Of a DNA stretch of 64,000 bases, positions 1 to 10,248 are shown piece by piece. This DNA comes from an uncultured Poribacteria bacterium. GTDB taxonomy: Bacteria; Poribacteria; WGA-4E; PCPOR2b. Position numbers and translations under genes: made by a program. Position 1 is the first letter of the stretch. Each line of letters opens with the position of its first letter. The notes below the pieces were generated by a model. That model saw only the letters and a list, made by a program, of their open reading frames with translations, ran no database searches and was not told the DNA's origin. The stretch lies in assembly GCA_958296125.1 (NCBI GenBank), contig OY282444.1, positions 1,289,176 to 1,353,175 on the forward strand, given 5' to 3'.

Positions 1-783
1 CGGTTGATGCGCGATCTTGAGCTGCACACCGTCTGTGAGGAGGCGCAGTGTCCAAATATCGGTGAGTGTTGGGAAAGCCGATCCGCTACCTTCATGATCT
101 TGGGCGATGTCTGTACTCGGCGGTGCATGTTTTGTGCGGTTACCAAAGGAAAACCGGAGGGGGTTGATTTCGATGAACCCCGTCGGCTCGGCGAGGCTGT
201 GGGACATCTAAAACTGAAGCATGTGGTCATCACTTCCGTCAACCGCGATGAGCTTCCCGATGGCGGTGCAAGCATCTTTGCGGCGTGTATCCATGAGTCC
301 CGTCGGCATAGCCCCGGCTGCACTGTTGAAGTGTTAATCCCAGACCTTGAAGGGAATTGGGACGCGCTTGCCGTGATTGTCGAAGCGAAACCTGACGTTC
401 TCAATCATAATACGGAGACGGTGCCGCGCCTCTATCGTAGGACGCGCCCGCAAGCCAAATACCAGCGAACCTTAGACCTATTGCACATCGGCAAGCAGAT
501 GGACGGGACGATGCTGACCAAGTCGGGCTTGATGGTGGGGTTAGGGGAGAGCCCTGCAGAATTGTTGGAAACGATGCAGGATATCCGCGATACGAATTGC
601 GACCTTTTAACGGTTGGACAGTACCTTTCGCCGACATCGAGGCATCTGCCGATTCAGCGGTATTACACGCCAGAGGAGTTTGAAGCGTTGAAAGCAGCCG
701 GTATGGAGATGGGATTTCGGCATGTGGAATCGGGCCCGCTCGTCCGGAGTTCGTATCACGCGCGGGAACAGGCGCGGCTGTGA
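1..783 (+). CDS. lipA: Lipoyl synthase (radical SAM), 5'-truncated by the window edge
   Basis: CEEAQCPNIGEC (CX4CX5C), CTRRCMFC (CX3CX2C) and C-terminal RSSYHA motifs. Confidence 0.97.
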   Translation, partial: RLMRDLELHTVCEEAQCPNIGECWESRSATFMILGDVCTRRCMFCAVTKGKPEGVDFDEPRRLGEAVGHLKLKHVVITSVNRDELPDGGASIFAACIHESRRHSPGCTVEVLIPDLEGNWDALAVIVEAKPDVLNHNTETVPRLYRRTRPQAKYQRTLDLLHIGKQMDGTMLTKSGLMVGLGESPAELLETMQDIRDTNCDLLTVGQYLSPTSRHLPIQRYYTPEEFEALKAAGMEMGFRHVESGPLVRSSYHAREQARL

Positions 784-863
784 GTTGGGTTTCGACGAAT
801 GTTCTTATGTTTACGGGAAAAATCTCCCAAAAACGCAATAAAATACCATAAGGAAATAAACCT

Positions 864-2651
864 ATGAAGAAACAACCTTTTCGTTTCACGTTTTCGCTGT
901 TAATTTGTCTCTTGATTCCGTTGATGGCAACGGCGCAAACAGTGCACATCCCCGACCCCAACCTCCGTGCCGCGATTGTGAGTTCGGGCAATCCAACCGT
1001 GGCGGATATGGAGTCGCTTGACGAGCTTATGCTCACTGACGCTAACGTAAGCGATTTGACTGGGTTGGAACATGCAATCAACCTTACATTCCTGGATCTT
1101 TCGAGGAACTCCATATCGGATATCTCGGCTTTGGCGGGCTTGACTCAACTGGCATTCCTGAGTATTGGGGAGAACTCCATATCGGACATCTCAGCTTTGG
1201 CGGGCTCGACTCAACTGATATTCCTGAATCTTTGGGGTAACTCTGTATCGGATATCTCGGCTTTGAGGGACTTGACTCAACTGACATCCCTAATCCTTGG
1301 GGACAACTCCATATCGGACATCTCGGCTTTGACGGGCTTGACTCAACTGACAGAGCTGAGTCTTACGATCAACTCCGTATCGGACATCTCGGCTTTGACG
1401 GGCTTGACTCAACTGACATTCCTGAGTATTGAGGACAACTCCATATCGGACATCTCGGCTTTGGCGGGCTTGACTCAGCTGACATTCCTGAATCTTTGGG
1501 GTAACTCCATATCGGATATCTCGGCTTTGACGAGCTTGACTCAACTGACAGAGCTGAGTCTTTGGGAGAACTCCATATCGGACCTCTCGCCCCTGGTAGA
1601 AAATACAGGATTGGGGAGTGGAGCCACGCTTGATGTGCAAGCCAACCCCCTGAGTTATCTATCGATTAACACTCACATCCCAACCCTCCAAAGCAGGGGG
1701 GTTACGGTTGAGTTTGACAACCAAGCGCAGCCGGCACTTCTGAAAATCTCAGGTGATAACCAGAAAGGCATGTCCGGTGTAGCCCTGTCGGCCCCGTTTG
1801 TTGTTGAGGTACAGGATGAGAACGGTCCAGTGTCTGATAGGGTTCAGGTCACGTTCGCTGTTACCGCGGGCGATGGAATACTCAGTATCACACGCAACAC
1901 AACTGACCAAAACGGCAGGGCGGAGAGTACACTCACGCTGGGCTCCTATTTGGGAACAAACACCGTCTCTGTGTCTGCCGATGGAATTGAGAATCCGGTC
2001 ACCTTTAACGCGACCTCCGATACTGGATCACCACCGATTACGGCGGATGTCAACCGCGACGGAAAAGTGAATATCCTTGATATAGTCTCGGTTGCATCCA
2101 GCCTCGGGAATAAGGGACCCAATCTGGCGGCGGATGTCAACGGAGATGGGGTTGTCAATATTCTAGATCTGGTCACGGTTGCAGGCATGTTTGAAGCTGC
2201 GGCAGCCGCCCCCTCAGCGCATCCACAAATATCTGAGACACTCACGGCGGTAGAAGTTCAGAAGTGGCTGACCGCCGCGATCTCGATCGAGGTTAAAGAT
2301 CCCATCACGAAAAAGGGGATTATGGTGCTTGGACACCTCATGGCAGCCCTGACCCCAACAGAGACGGAGTTGCTGCCCAACTACCCGAATCCGTTCAATC
2401 CAGAGACATGGATACCGTATCGGTTGGCAGAGGATGCTTCCGTCACGTTGACCATCTGTGACCAAAGCGGTTGGGTCGTCCGCACGCTCGACGTTGGGCA
2501 TCGGGTTGCGGCGGTCTACGAGAGTCGGTCGAAGGCAGTCTATTGGGATGGGAGAAACGAGACGGGTGAGCGGGTGGCAAGCGGTTTGTACTTTTACACG
2601 CTGACAGCGGGGGATTTCTCTGCTACGCGGAAGATGCTGATTGTCAAGTAG
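864..2651 (+). CDS. Secreted internalin-like LRR protein with Ig-like domain, dockerin-like repeats and FlgD-Ig/T9SS-like C-terminal domain
   Basis: Signal peptide; eight 22-aa LRRs; ADVNRDGKVNILD and ADVNGDGVVNILD dockerin-like pair; LLPNYPNPFNPETWIPY...WDGRN...ASGLYFY tail. Confidence 0.9.
   Translation: MKKQPFRFTFSLLICLLIPLMATAQTVHIPDPNLRAAIVSSGNPTVADMESLDELMLTDANVSDLTGLEHAINLTFLDLSRNSISDISALAGLTQLAFLSIGENSISDISALAGSTQLIFLNLWGNSVSDISALRDLTQLTSLILGDNSISDISALTGLTQLTELSLTINSVSDISALTGLTQLTFLSIEDNSISDISALAGLTQLTFLNLWGNSISDISALTSLTQLTELSLWENSISDLSPLVENTGLGSGATLDVQANPLSYLSINTHIPTLQSRGVTVEFDNQAQPALLKISGDNQKGMSGVALSAPFVVEVQDENGPVSDRVQVTFAVTAGDGILSITRNTTDQNGRAESTLTLGSYLGTNTVSVSADGIENPVTFNATSDTGSPPITADVNRDGKVNILDIVSVASSLGNKGPNLAADVNGDGVVNILDLVTVAGMFEAAAAAPSAHPQISETLTAVEVQKWLTAAISIEVKDPITKKGIMVLGHLMAALTPTETELLPNYPNPFNPETWIPYRLAEDASVTLTICDQSGWVVRTLDVGHRVAAVYESRSKAVYWDGRNETGERVASGLYFYTLTAGDFSATRKMLIVK
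1083..1610 (+). repeat. 66-bp coding tandem repeat, 8 units (LRR)
   Basis: Near-identical units such as aactccatatcggacatctcggctttg...ttgactcaactg recurring every 66 bp, in frame. Confidence 0.95.
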
Positions 2652-2772
2652 GAAAGCGCGGGCTCCCCTCTACATACCGCTTATAGAACTGGAAGGGGTA
2701 TGGAATAGGTAGCAACGTGCGTTAATTTAGATTTGTAATTGATATCAGATACTGCATACGGAAAGGCAATCC

Positions 2773-3777
2773 ATGATGCCCCCCCAATACAAAGTTTTGA
2801 TAGCCGATGCCCCGTGGTCTATAGAGCCGGAACGGGAGGTCTTAGGAGAGATAGGTGCGGAGTTAATCGTCGCCGAGACAAAGACAGCGGAGGAACTTCT
2901 CACCTTAGCCCCCCAAGCTGATGGGATACTCACTGATCGGCAATCGATCACCGGCGATATCATAGCAGTTGCTCAACGGTGTCAGGCTATCGCTCGGTAC
3001 GGTGTCGGGTTTGATAATGTGGCATTGGAAGAGGCAACGGCTGCAGGCATCGTTGTTACCAACGTCCCGGCCTACTGCATTGATGAGGTCACCGACCACG
3101 CGATGGCATTGCTGCTGGCGTGTGCTCGAAAGATTCCTCTGTTCCATAAGCACATCAATAGTTGGAATCGAGATGTGGGGCCCCCGATGCGTCGTATCCG
3201 CGGGCAGACGTTAGGGGTCATCGGGTTTGGTAGGATTGGGCGGGCAATCGCACCGAAGGCAAAAGCCTTTGGATTGGAGGTTATCGTCTTTGATCAGTAT
3301 CTCACGTCGGAAGCCATTCAAGCGCACGGTGCGGTGAAGGTTCAACTCCCTGAACTTCTCGCAAAATCTGATTTTATCTCTATTCATACGCCGTTGACAC
3401 CCGAAACGCAGAACTTGATTGGTGAAGCCGAGCTTCGTCAGATGAAGCCCAACGCCTATCTCATCAACACTGCGCGAGGGGGTATCATTGATACAGTTGC
3501 ACTCCACAAAGCGTTGAGCGAGGGTTGGATTGCTGGGGCGGGTCAGGATGTTCTACCGCAGGAGCCCGCGCCCCCTGATGAGCCGTTGCTCACGCTGGAA
3601 AACGTCATTTTAACACCGCACGTTGCGTTCCTCTCCGAAGAGTCAACCTACGATGCCCAGCGAACCGCAGCGTCAGAGGTCGCAAGGGTGTTGACGGGAC
3701 AGATGCCCGAATCGGTAGTGAATCCGGAGGTTCTGGACAGTCCCGTGCTTCGCGCCAAAGGGCTCGCGGGGAAATGA
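2773..3777 (+). CDS. D-isomer-specific 2-hydroxyacid dehydrogenase (CtBP/SerA-like)
   Basis: RYGVGFDNV, GVIGFGRIG Rossmann motif, INTARG, LTPHVAF. Confidence 0.92.
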   Translation: MMPPQYKVLIADAPWSIEPEREVLGEIGAELIVAETKTAEELLTLAPQADGILTDRQSITGDIIAVAQRCQAIARYGVGFDNVALEEATAAGIVVTNVPAYCIDEVTDHAMALLLACARKIPLFHKHINSWNRDVGPPMRRIRGQTLGVIGFGRIGRAIAPKAKAFGLEVIVFDQYLTSEAIQAHGAVKVQLPELLAKSDFISIHTPLTPETQNLIGEAELRQMKPNAYLINTARGGIIDTVALHKALSEGWIAGAGQDVLPQEPAPPDEPLLTLENVILTPHVAFLSEESTYDAQRTAASEVARVLTGQMPESVVNPEVLDSPVLRAKGLAGK

Positions 3778-3824
3778 TTGAATGCCGTTTCCCGTCTTCC
3801 CGCCTTTTATGGGGTTGGATTATA

Positions 3825-4793
3825 CTAACGCCCAACAAGCCAGAATTCGCCTTCGCTACGCGTCGCCAACATACCTAGCAACACCGCACCGGGGAAATCT
3901 TCCGCCATATCAATCGCCATTGTAAAGATTCGGGTATCGGTCGTTGTGTGTTGCGCGATAGCCTTTAGGTCGGGAATCCCTGAAGTCAGAATGCCATCGC
4001 TAAATAGCACCACGATTGTAGGCCCCCTGTTGCGCGTTTCTTGTAATGCTTCAAGCATATCTTTGTCTGAATAGCGCGAACTTTTCACAGGCTTTGCGCT
4101 CTCAAGGTGGGCGATGGTATCGGCGATGTCCACATCACTGACGGGGAGGAAGTTGGGTTGATAAAATTGGACCTCTTCGCTGAAGGTACAGACGTTGAAT
4201 TGATCGTGCGATTCGAGAAATTCTAGCGAATTCGTCATGATGGTGAGAATCTTCCGAAGCTTTCGCGGCTTCAAGCCAACCATGCTTGACGAAAGGTCTA
4301 CACAGTAGATAATCCGCTGCGGCCCTTCTTGCCTTTCGATGAATTTCACCAGGCGGCTTTTGGGGCGTTCCTCCGGATCGGTTTTTTTGATGGGGTTCGT
4401 TATCACCCGTTCCATCTGTGGCATCGCCTGCGGCACGACGCTGCCCGTTGATAATCCCACATTGTCGCCCAGATTTAATGGGCCAAGGCTAAACTGTGTC
4501 GGCTCCGCTGCTGAAACAACCCCTCGCTCCGTGGCAGGTGCGTTGCTTGTTAAAATCTTCAGCGATGGTTGGTTGGTTTGCACAGTCGTTTTCTGTCTCC
4601 GAACTTGAGGACGTTTGGGGCGATTCCTCCGTTTCGTCTTGGGTTGTTCGACCTTCATCAGCACTGCGTTGATAGCCCCTTGATCTGGAATAAAGTGCTG
4701 TGTGGGCCAGAAGAAAAATCCCACGATACCTACAATGAGGTGTAAGATGAACGAAACGAAAAGGGCTACCCTGGATTTAGACTTTGATTGCAT
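3825..4793 (-). CDS. Membrane-anchored vWA-domain protein
   Basis: N-terminal TM helix, low-complexity linker, MIDAS-like DLSSSM, LFSDG. Confidence 0.8.
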   Translation of the reverse strand: MQSKSKSRVALFVSFILHLIVGIVGFFFWPTQHFIPDQGAINAVLMKVEQPKTKRRNRPKRPQVRRQKTTVQTNQPSLKILTSNAPATERGVVSAAEPTQFSLGPLNLGDNVGLSTGSVVPQAMPQMERVITNPIKKTDPEERPKSRLVKFIERQEGPQRIIYCVDLSSSMVGLKPRKLRKILTIMTNSLEFLESHDQFNVCTFSEEVQFYQPNFLPVSDVDIADTIAHLESAKPVKSSRYSDKDMLEALQETRNRGPTIVVLFSDGILTSGIPDLKAIAQHTTTDTRIFTMAIDMAEDFPGAVLLGMLATRSEGEFWLVGR

Positions 4794-4811
4794 TTTTAGA
4801 TGATTGTTCCT

Positions 4812-5732
4812 TTAGTTTTGTGAAGGGTGTTGCCGTTCAACTGCTTCCCGCAAACGCGCCATATCCGCCTGCAATTCGGTAATAATCTGATCATGAGCCG
4901 CTGCAAGCATTTTTGCTTCAGTCGCATCAGCCATTGCTGCGTCGGCATCAATCCGTGCTGCGTCGGCATCTGCCCTCGCTTGTGCGGCTCTGGCTTCAGC
5001 AGCCTCGAATCGCATTGTTGCTTCAGCCGTTTCAGCTCTTGCTTCAGCCGTTTCAGCTCTTGCTGCTGCGGTTTCGGCTTTCGATTCCGTGAGTGTCACA
5101 AAGGGTGTGCCATCGGGCAGATAGGGGCGCATGAAACGAAGTTCGTTAGGGAGCTCTTCGGTTGAAAACAACAGATTCAGGGATTCGCTGTACAACGCGC
5201 CTCGCTCATCGGGCGGGATATCTTCATATCCAGCTCCCCTTCGCCGCCACCCGTGAAATTCGGGCGGACGCTTCCCTTCAGGTTGATGAATGAAGTATTC
5301 GTGGATACCTATTTCCGAGAAATACCGCCTCATTTTTTCCGCCCGATCTCCTTTCGCTGTCGAATCGGATAGAAATTCAAAAACAACAGTCGGAGCCGCG
5401 CCTTCCGCCCATGTATAAAAACTGCGACGCAGCGGTTCGGAGGGCACCCCCAACGCCACGAACACATCGGGAGCAACGACTTTTCGCACATCTCCCTCTT
5501 GATAGTAGACAAAGCTATCTGTTCCAACATACGCTAATGTGTCACCCCGACTGAAATAGTCGTTTAGTTGCCCGCTGAGGATGCTAATTTGGCGTCCATG
5601 AAATTCGGTAGCTGACATCGGTTCACCATCTTCTGTAGGATAGCCCTTCAGGTAAACAGTCGGTTGACCAAAGGCCCTCGGCACTTTTGGCAAGAACTTG
5701 CGGCGTTTCTCTTCAAAGGTTGTTAAGCCCAT
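4812..5732 (-). CDS. Uma2 (DUF820) family PD-(D/E)XK endonuclease with Ala-rich coiled-coil tail
   Basis: VAPDVFVALG, VVFEFLSDST, GIHEYFI motifs; AETAEARAETAEA tail. Confidence 0.88.
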   Translation of the reverse strand: MGLTTFEEKRRKFLPKVPRAFGQPTVYLKGYPTEDGEPMSATEFHGRQISILSGQLNDYFSRGDTLAYVGTDSFVYYQEGDVRKVVAPDVFVALGVPSEPLRRSFYTWAEGAAPTVVFEFLSDSTAKGDRAEKMRRYFSEIGIHEYFIHQPEGKRPPEFHGWRRRGAGYEDIPPDERGALYSESLNLLFSTEELPNELRFMRPYLPDGTPFVTLTESKAETAAARAETAEARAETAEATMRFEAAEARAAQARADADAARIDADAAMADATEAKMLAAAHDQIITELQADMARLREAVERQHPSQN

Positions 5733-5768
5733 TACCCATCCCTCCTTAATAAATCACTACGCATTGCG

Positions 5769-8700
5769 TTACCGCATTGACATTTTCTCAGGATTGCTTG
5801 TGCGCCGCAGGACAACACCCCACTGACCGACTATCCATAGCGTATCGTCGTTTGGAGCGCGGACGATAGTATATAGGTTGTTGGAGATATCTGTATATTC
5901 TCGTTCCCATGTTGTGCCGCCATCCGTTGAATGGAGGATTGTGCCGGCTGCACCAACGACGTAGATTTTCTGCTCCGATAGCGCGAGGATGCCGTAGAGT
6001 GCTTCGGTGACACCGCTCGACAAGGCTTCCCACTTAAATCCGCCTCCAGTTGTGCGGAGGATGATGCCGTAATCGCCGGCTGCCCACCCCTTCCGTTTCG
6101 TGATGAACGACACCCCATACAGATTATAACCGGTGTCGGTTTCGTGATGCTTCCAATATCCGCCCCCGTTGATTGTTCGTTGGATAATGCCGCTGTGCCC
6201 AACCGCCCAACCGAGCGGCGCAAATTTCATCTCGACCCTTTCGAGGTCTTTCCCTGTGGAGGTACGTTGGGGGGTCCAGATGGGGCCCCCGTCTTGGTTA
6301 TGGATAATCTGTCCATCCCTACCAACAGCCCACCCTTCGGAGAAATCGCCAAACGCGACATCGCTTATGGCAAACGGCAACGGCGGGTCTTCCTCAAAGA
6401 GACCTGGGAGCGTCGGGGTTTGTCCCACTGACCATTTCACACCGTTGGTTGTGTACAGCACGGTGCCATCGCGCCGCATTGACCAGCCCCATCGCGTTGT
6501 TCCTTCAGATTCGGCGTTTAACCCCGATACATCGGCAAAGTGAATGCCGACAAGCGTCTGTTCAGTTCCACTTTTCACTGGGGTCCAAGTCTGCCCGCCG
6601 TCTTGGGTCTCCAGCAGTAAGCCATTATCTCCGGTAATCCAACCGTGCGTGTCGTCTAGGAAGAGGATATCCCGGAAGTCATCAAGTTGCTCGCCGAGTT
6701 GACGTTCCCACGTTTGTCCGCCATTTTCAGTGTAATAGATATGCCCTGCGTCGCCAACTGCCCATGCGTGTTGGTCGCCGACGAAGTGCACATTGGTGAT
6801 TGGCAGCCCGGATTGACGACGACCCCGATGTTGGCGGGCTATCGGTCTTTCTCGGTTTTCCCTCTCTGTATCTGTCTGTGTGGTAGCTGTGTCCTCAGCA
6901 TCACTCTCAATCTCTCCTTCAGGCGTGAAACGCCCAACGCGCGATCGCCGCTCGCTCAAATCTCTCTGAAAGGTGTCAGCAAAGCCTTCGTCCAGTGGAT
7001 TGGTGACCGGTGGCTGTGGCTCTTGCGCGTGATCCGCTGCTGCCTCCATGTCTACCTGTTTACTCTGAGCAATTAGTTCTGCCATCGTCTCAAGCCCGAC
7101 GTAGTTCGGCAGCCAACTCTCGCCTTGGTCGCTTGTTACGAGAATCGCGCCGTTACGGTCAATGCCCCAAGCCCGCTGATGGCTATGGAACTTGATTCGA
7201 CGAATCCCTTCCACCACGGTTTCCGGGAAGATTTGTCGCCACGTTACGCCGCCATCAGATGTGATGAGGGACTTGCCCTCCCTGCCCACAATCCAGCCGG
7301 ATTTTGCATCGGCGAAATGCACTGCGGCAGCAGGCTGGTGGGTCTTGCTCTGAATCTCCCAGTAGTCCCCGCTGTTGACGGTATGCAGAATCAGTCCCCC
7401 TTCGACCCGTTGGGGGGTAATTGCCCACCCTTCGGTGCTATTGACGAAATGGAGTGCTGTGATGGGTTGGTTTGTCGTCCCGGTTTTCTGACGTTTCCAC
7501 GTTACGCCGCCATCGGTCGTATGGAGCGTTTGTCCCTGATCCGCACCGAGCCACCCTTCTTGACTATTGATGAACTGCATGGCACTAATCCTGTGGAAGT
7601 TTCGCACTACCTTTTTGATGACCTGCCACGTTTTTCCACCATTTTCTGTCCGAAGCAGCACACCGCGTCCGACAATCCATCCGTGATCTTCGTTGATGAA
7701 AGTGATGTGGCGCAAATCCTCCTTCACACCACTGTGTTGGGGCACCCACGTTTTGCCGCCATCCGTCGTGTGTGCAATCACGCCGCCGGATCCGACTGCC
7801 CACCCGCGTAAAGTAGCTGGCTCATCCCCTGTACGATGAAAATAGGTATCGGCGAAATCCGTCTGCCAAGTTGCCTGACGGACGATTTCCCAATGATAGG
7901 TGACCTCCTCGACGATCGGTGGTTCTTCAATAGCTTCGGCAGCTTCCGTTGGCTCTGCCATAGGGGGGAGTTCGGCTGGCAATTCTTCCGCGTCAACAGA
8001 GTAACGCATCGCAATTCCCCCTTTGCCAACAGCGACCATCCCTTCCGGTGAAAGGGCAAATCCGTATAGGTCGTTCTCCGTGTCGCTCTCCTGCAGTTCC
8101 CATTTCGCCCCACCGTTGGTAGTAGTTAGGATAACCCCGTTGTCCCCCACGACGAGGCCATGCTTTGCATCGGCGAAGTAGACCTTATTCAAATTTGCCT
8201 CCACACCGCTCCGTTGGAATTTCCACGTTTTTCCCCCATCTTTGGTGTGCAAAATTTCTCCAAACTGCCCAGTTACCCAGCCGGTCTTGTTGTCGATAAA
8301 GTAGATCGCGTATAGTTCATTGTAGGTAGGTGTCTTTTGTTGTGTCCATGTCAGTCCGCCGTTGGCTGTGCCGATAATAATGCCGGGCCAACCGACCGTC
8401 CAGCCTTCCTTATCGTTGAGGAAGAACACGCCTTTGAGCATGTGAAATTCGCCCGGCGTTTGCTGCACCCATGATTCGCCGCCATCAGCCGTATGTAAGA
8501 CCGTCCCAAGATCGCCAACAACCCAACCTTTTTTCGGACTGACGAAGTAGGTGCCCCGGAGCGAGTACCACCACCCGCTTTTTTGCGTTTCCCAGCTCTG
8601 TCCGCCGTCAGCGGTATGGACGATCATGCCCCGATCACCGACTGCCCACCCCTCTAGGTCTGAGACAAAATAGAGGCTTCGGATGTTGTCCCAGATATCC

Positions 8701-9824
8701 GTCTGAACCTCGGTCCATGTTTGCCCGCCATCTTGGCTCATGGCGATGGTGCCCCCTTTGCCGACAGCAATTGCCCGATTCGCATCAGCAAACTGTACCT
8801 CCTCAAGGTCGTTGGCGGTCGTGCCGCTGACTATCGCCCATGTTTCTCCGCCATCCTCTGAGTGCATGATTGTGCCATACCAGCCGATCGCCCATGCCTC
8901 GTTTGGGGTGGTAAACTGAATTCCTGTCAGATTATTTTCGGTGCCGCTCTCCAGCAATCGCCAATTGTCCCCACCGTCCTCTGTGAACGTGATGAAACCG
9001 ACATCAGCGACCGCCACGCCGCGTTTGTTGTCCACAAAGTGGATACTGTTGACGGTGTCTCGAACATGTCCGTTGATTAGTGGGATACGACTATCCTGAC
9101 GCGTCCATTCGGTACCTCCGTTTATGGTGTGAAAAATTGAGCCATCAGTCCCGACAAGCCAGCCCTCATTTTTGCTGATGAAGAAGACCCGCTTGTTGTC
9201 ATTGATCATCCGGTCGCGTTCACCCTCGTAGCGGTTAGTTTGTTGCCGCCACGTTTTGCCACCGTCCTCTGTGAAGAGAATCCGATCATTTGCACCGACA
9301 GTCCAGCCACGGTACTTGCTGACAAACCAGATGCCGCTAAGTGGAAAGTCGCTGATGTATTCATACCGTTCCCATGTTTTCCCGCCGTTCTGTGTGTATA
9401 GGACATCGGCATCCTCTCCGACGATCCACCCCTCATCGGAATTTGCGAAGCAGACATCCCTGAGCATTGCTAAGGTGCCGCTTTCCTGAAGATGCCAGTG
9501 CCGTCCGCCATCATCGGTGGTAGCGATTAAGCCCTTATCGCCCACTGCCCAACCGTAACGGGGATTGGTGAAATAGACCGCCTTGAAATCACCTTCCGTT
9601 GCAATTTCTTGGCGTTTCCACGTCTTTCCACCATCGCTCGTGTGGACGATTAATCCCTTTTCGCCGACGATCCAGCCGCGTTCGGCATCTGCGAAGTGCA
9701 AATCCGTGAAATTAGTTTCCCAATCCGCTTTGCGGGTCACGTCTTGTTTACAACCGACGAGTAAAATTATGAATGTAAAAGCAAGCGTCGTCGCTCGGAA
9801 TATATGTTGGTATGCCTGTTTCAT
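5769..9824 (-). CDS. Large YCF48/BNR-repeat beta-propeller lipoprotein (1351 aa)
   Basis: Lipobox LLVGC; many GWxVGxxG.I.HTxDGGxTW (Asp-box) repeats; acidic/Pro linkers. Confidence 0.9.
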   Translation of the reverse strand: MKQAYQHIFRATTLAFTFIILLVGCKQDVTRKADWETNFTDLHFADAERGWIVGEKGLIVHTSDGGKTWKRQEIATEGDFKAVYFTNPRYGWAVGDKGLIATTDDGGRHWHLQESGTLAMLRDVCFANSDEGWIVGEDADVLYTQNGGKTWERYEYISDFPLSGIWFVSKYRGWTVGANDRILFTEDGGKTWRQQTNRYEGERDRMINDNKRVFFISKNEGWLVGTDGSIFHTINGGTEWTRQDSRIPLINGHVRDTVNSIHFVDNKRGVAVADVGFITFTEDGGDNWRLLESGTENNLTGIQFTTPNEAWAIGWYGTIMHSEDGGETWAIVSGTTANDLEEVQFADANRAIAVGKGGTIAMSQDGGQTWTEVQTDIWDNIRSLYFVSDLEGWAVGDRGMIVHTADGGQSWETQKSGWWYSLRGTYFVSPKKGWVVGDLGTVLHTADGGESWVQQTPGEFHMLKGVFFLNDKEGWTVGWPGIIIGTANGGLTWTQQKTPTYNELYAIYFIDNKTGWVTGQFGEILHTKDGGKTWKFQRSGVEANLNKVYFADAKHGLVVGDNGVILTTTNGGAKWELQESDTENDLYGFALSPEGMVAVGKGGIAMRYSVDAEELPAELPPMAEPTEAAEAIEEPPIVEEVTYHWEIVRQATWQTDFADTYFHRTGDEPATLRGWAVGSGGVIAHTTDGGKTWVPQHSGVKEDLRHITFINEDHGWIVGRGVLLRTENGGKTWQVIKKVVRNFHRISAMQFINSQEGWLGADQGQTLHTTDGGVTWKRQKTGTTNQPITALHFVNSTEGWAITPQRVEGGLILHTVNSGDYWEIQSKTHQPAAAVHFADAKSGWIVGREGKSLITSDGGVTWRQIFPETVVEGIRRIKFHSHQRAWGIDRNGAILVTSDQGESWLPNYVGLETMAELIAQSKQVDMEAAADHAQEPQPPVTNPLDEGFADTFQRDLSERRSRVGRFTPEGEIESDAEDTATTQTDTERENRERPIARQHRGRRQSGLPITNVHFVGDQHAWAVGDAGHIYYTENGGQTWERQLGEQLDDFRDILFLDDTHGWITGDNGLLLETQDGGQTWTPVKSGTEQTLVGIHFADVSGLNAESEGTTRWGWSMRRDGTVLYTTNGVKWSVGQTPTLPGLFEEDPPLPFAISDVAFGDFSEGWAVGRDGQIIHNQDGGPIWTPQRTSTGKDLERVEMKFAPLGWAVGHSGIIQRTINGGGYWKHHETDTGYNLYGVSFITKRKGWAAGDYGIILRTTGGGFKWEALSSGVTEALYGILALSEQKIYVVGAAGTILHSTDGGTTWEREYTDISNNLYTIVRAPNDDTLWIVGQWGVVLRRTSNPEKMSMR

Positions 9825-10216
9825 TTGATTGTTCCTCCTCAGAATATCATAATGTTCTCAGAAACTCGGAAAGCTTGAAACTGTTTTATACGGTGGCGTG
9901 CTAGATTGCCTGTGAGCCCGTCTTAACTCCATGAACGAGCAGAGACTAACGATAAAAATACCGCCCGAAATTCCTGATTCTTTGGACGTAAAAGCATCCT
10001 AAATGTTGAAAGGGCTAATTCATTTCTATTTTACAAAGTATAACATAATTGTGCCCCAAACCCTATACCAAAATTTGCTGAACAAGGATGTTTGTCCATT
10101 AATCCTTTCCCATCTGCTGACTTGTGTATTTATATGATTCATTAATATCGCAATGTGCAACTTCCTTGCAGATGATTCCCGCTATTTTTCCCCTGTAGAA
10201 ACGCATCCGCGCGAAA

Positions 10217-10248
10217 TCCCCCTCTCTTACGAAGGGGGACCGGAGGGG
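10217..10248. repeat. REP-like palindrome
   Basis: TCCCCCT/AGGGGGA 7-bp inverted repeat followed by ccggagggg, intergenic. Confidence 0.4.

Noticed and set aside
401-1114. This and the many other overlapping or antisense ORFs in the track
   Set aside because: They overlap well-supported genes on another frame or strand and carry no motifs.
1083-1610. Regular repeats resembling a CRISPR array
   Set aside because: Contiguous 66-bp in-frame coding units with no unique spacers and no cas genes.
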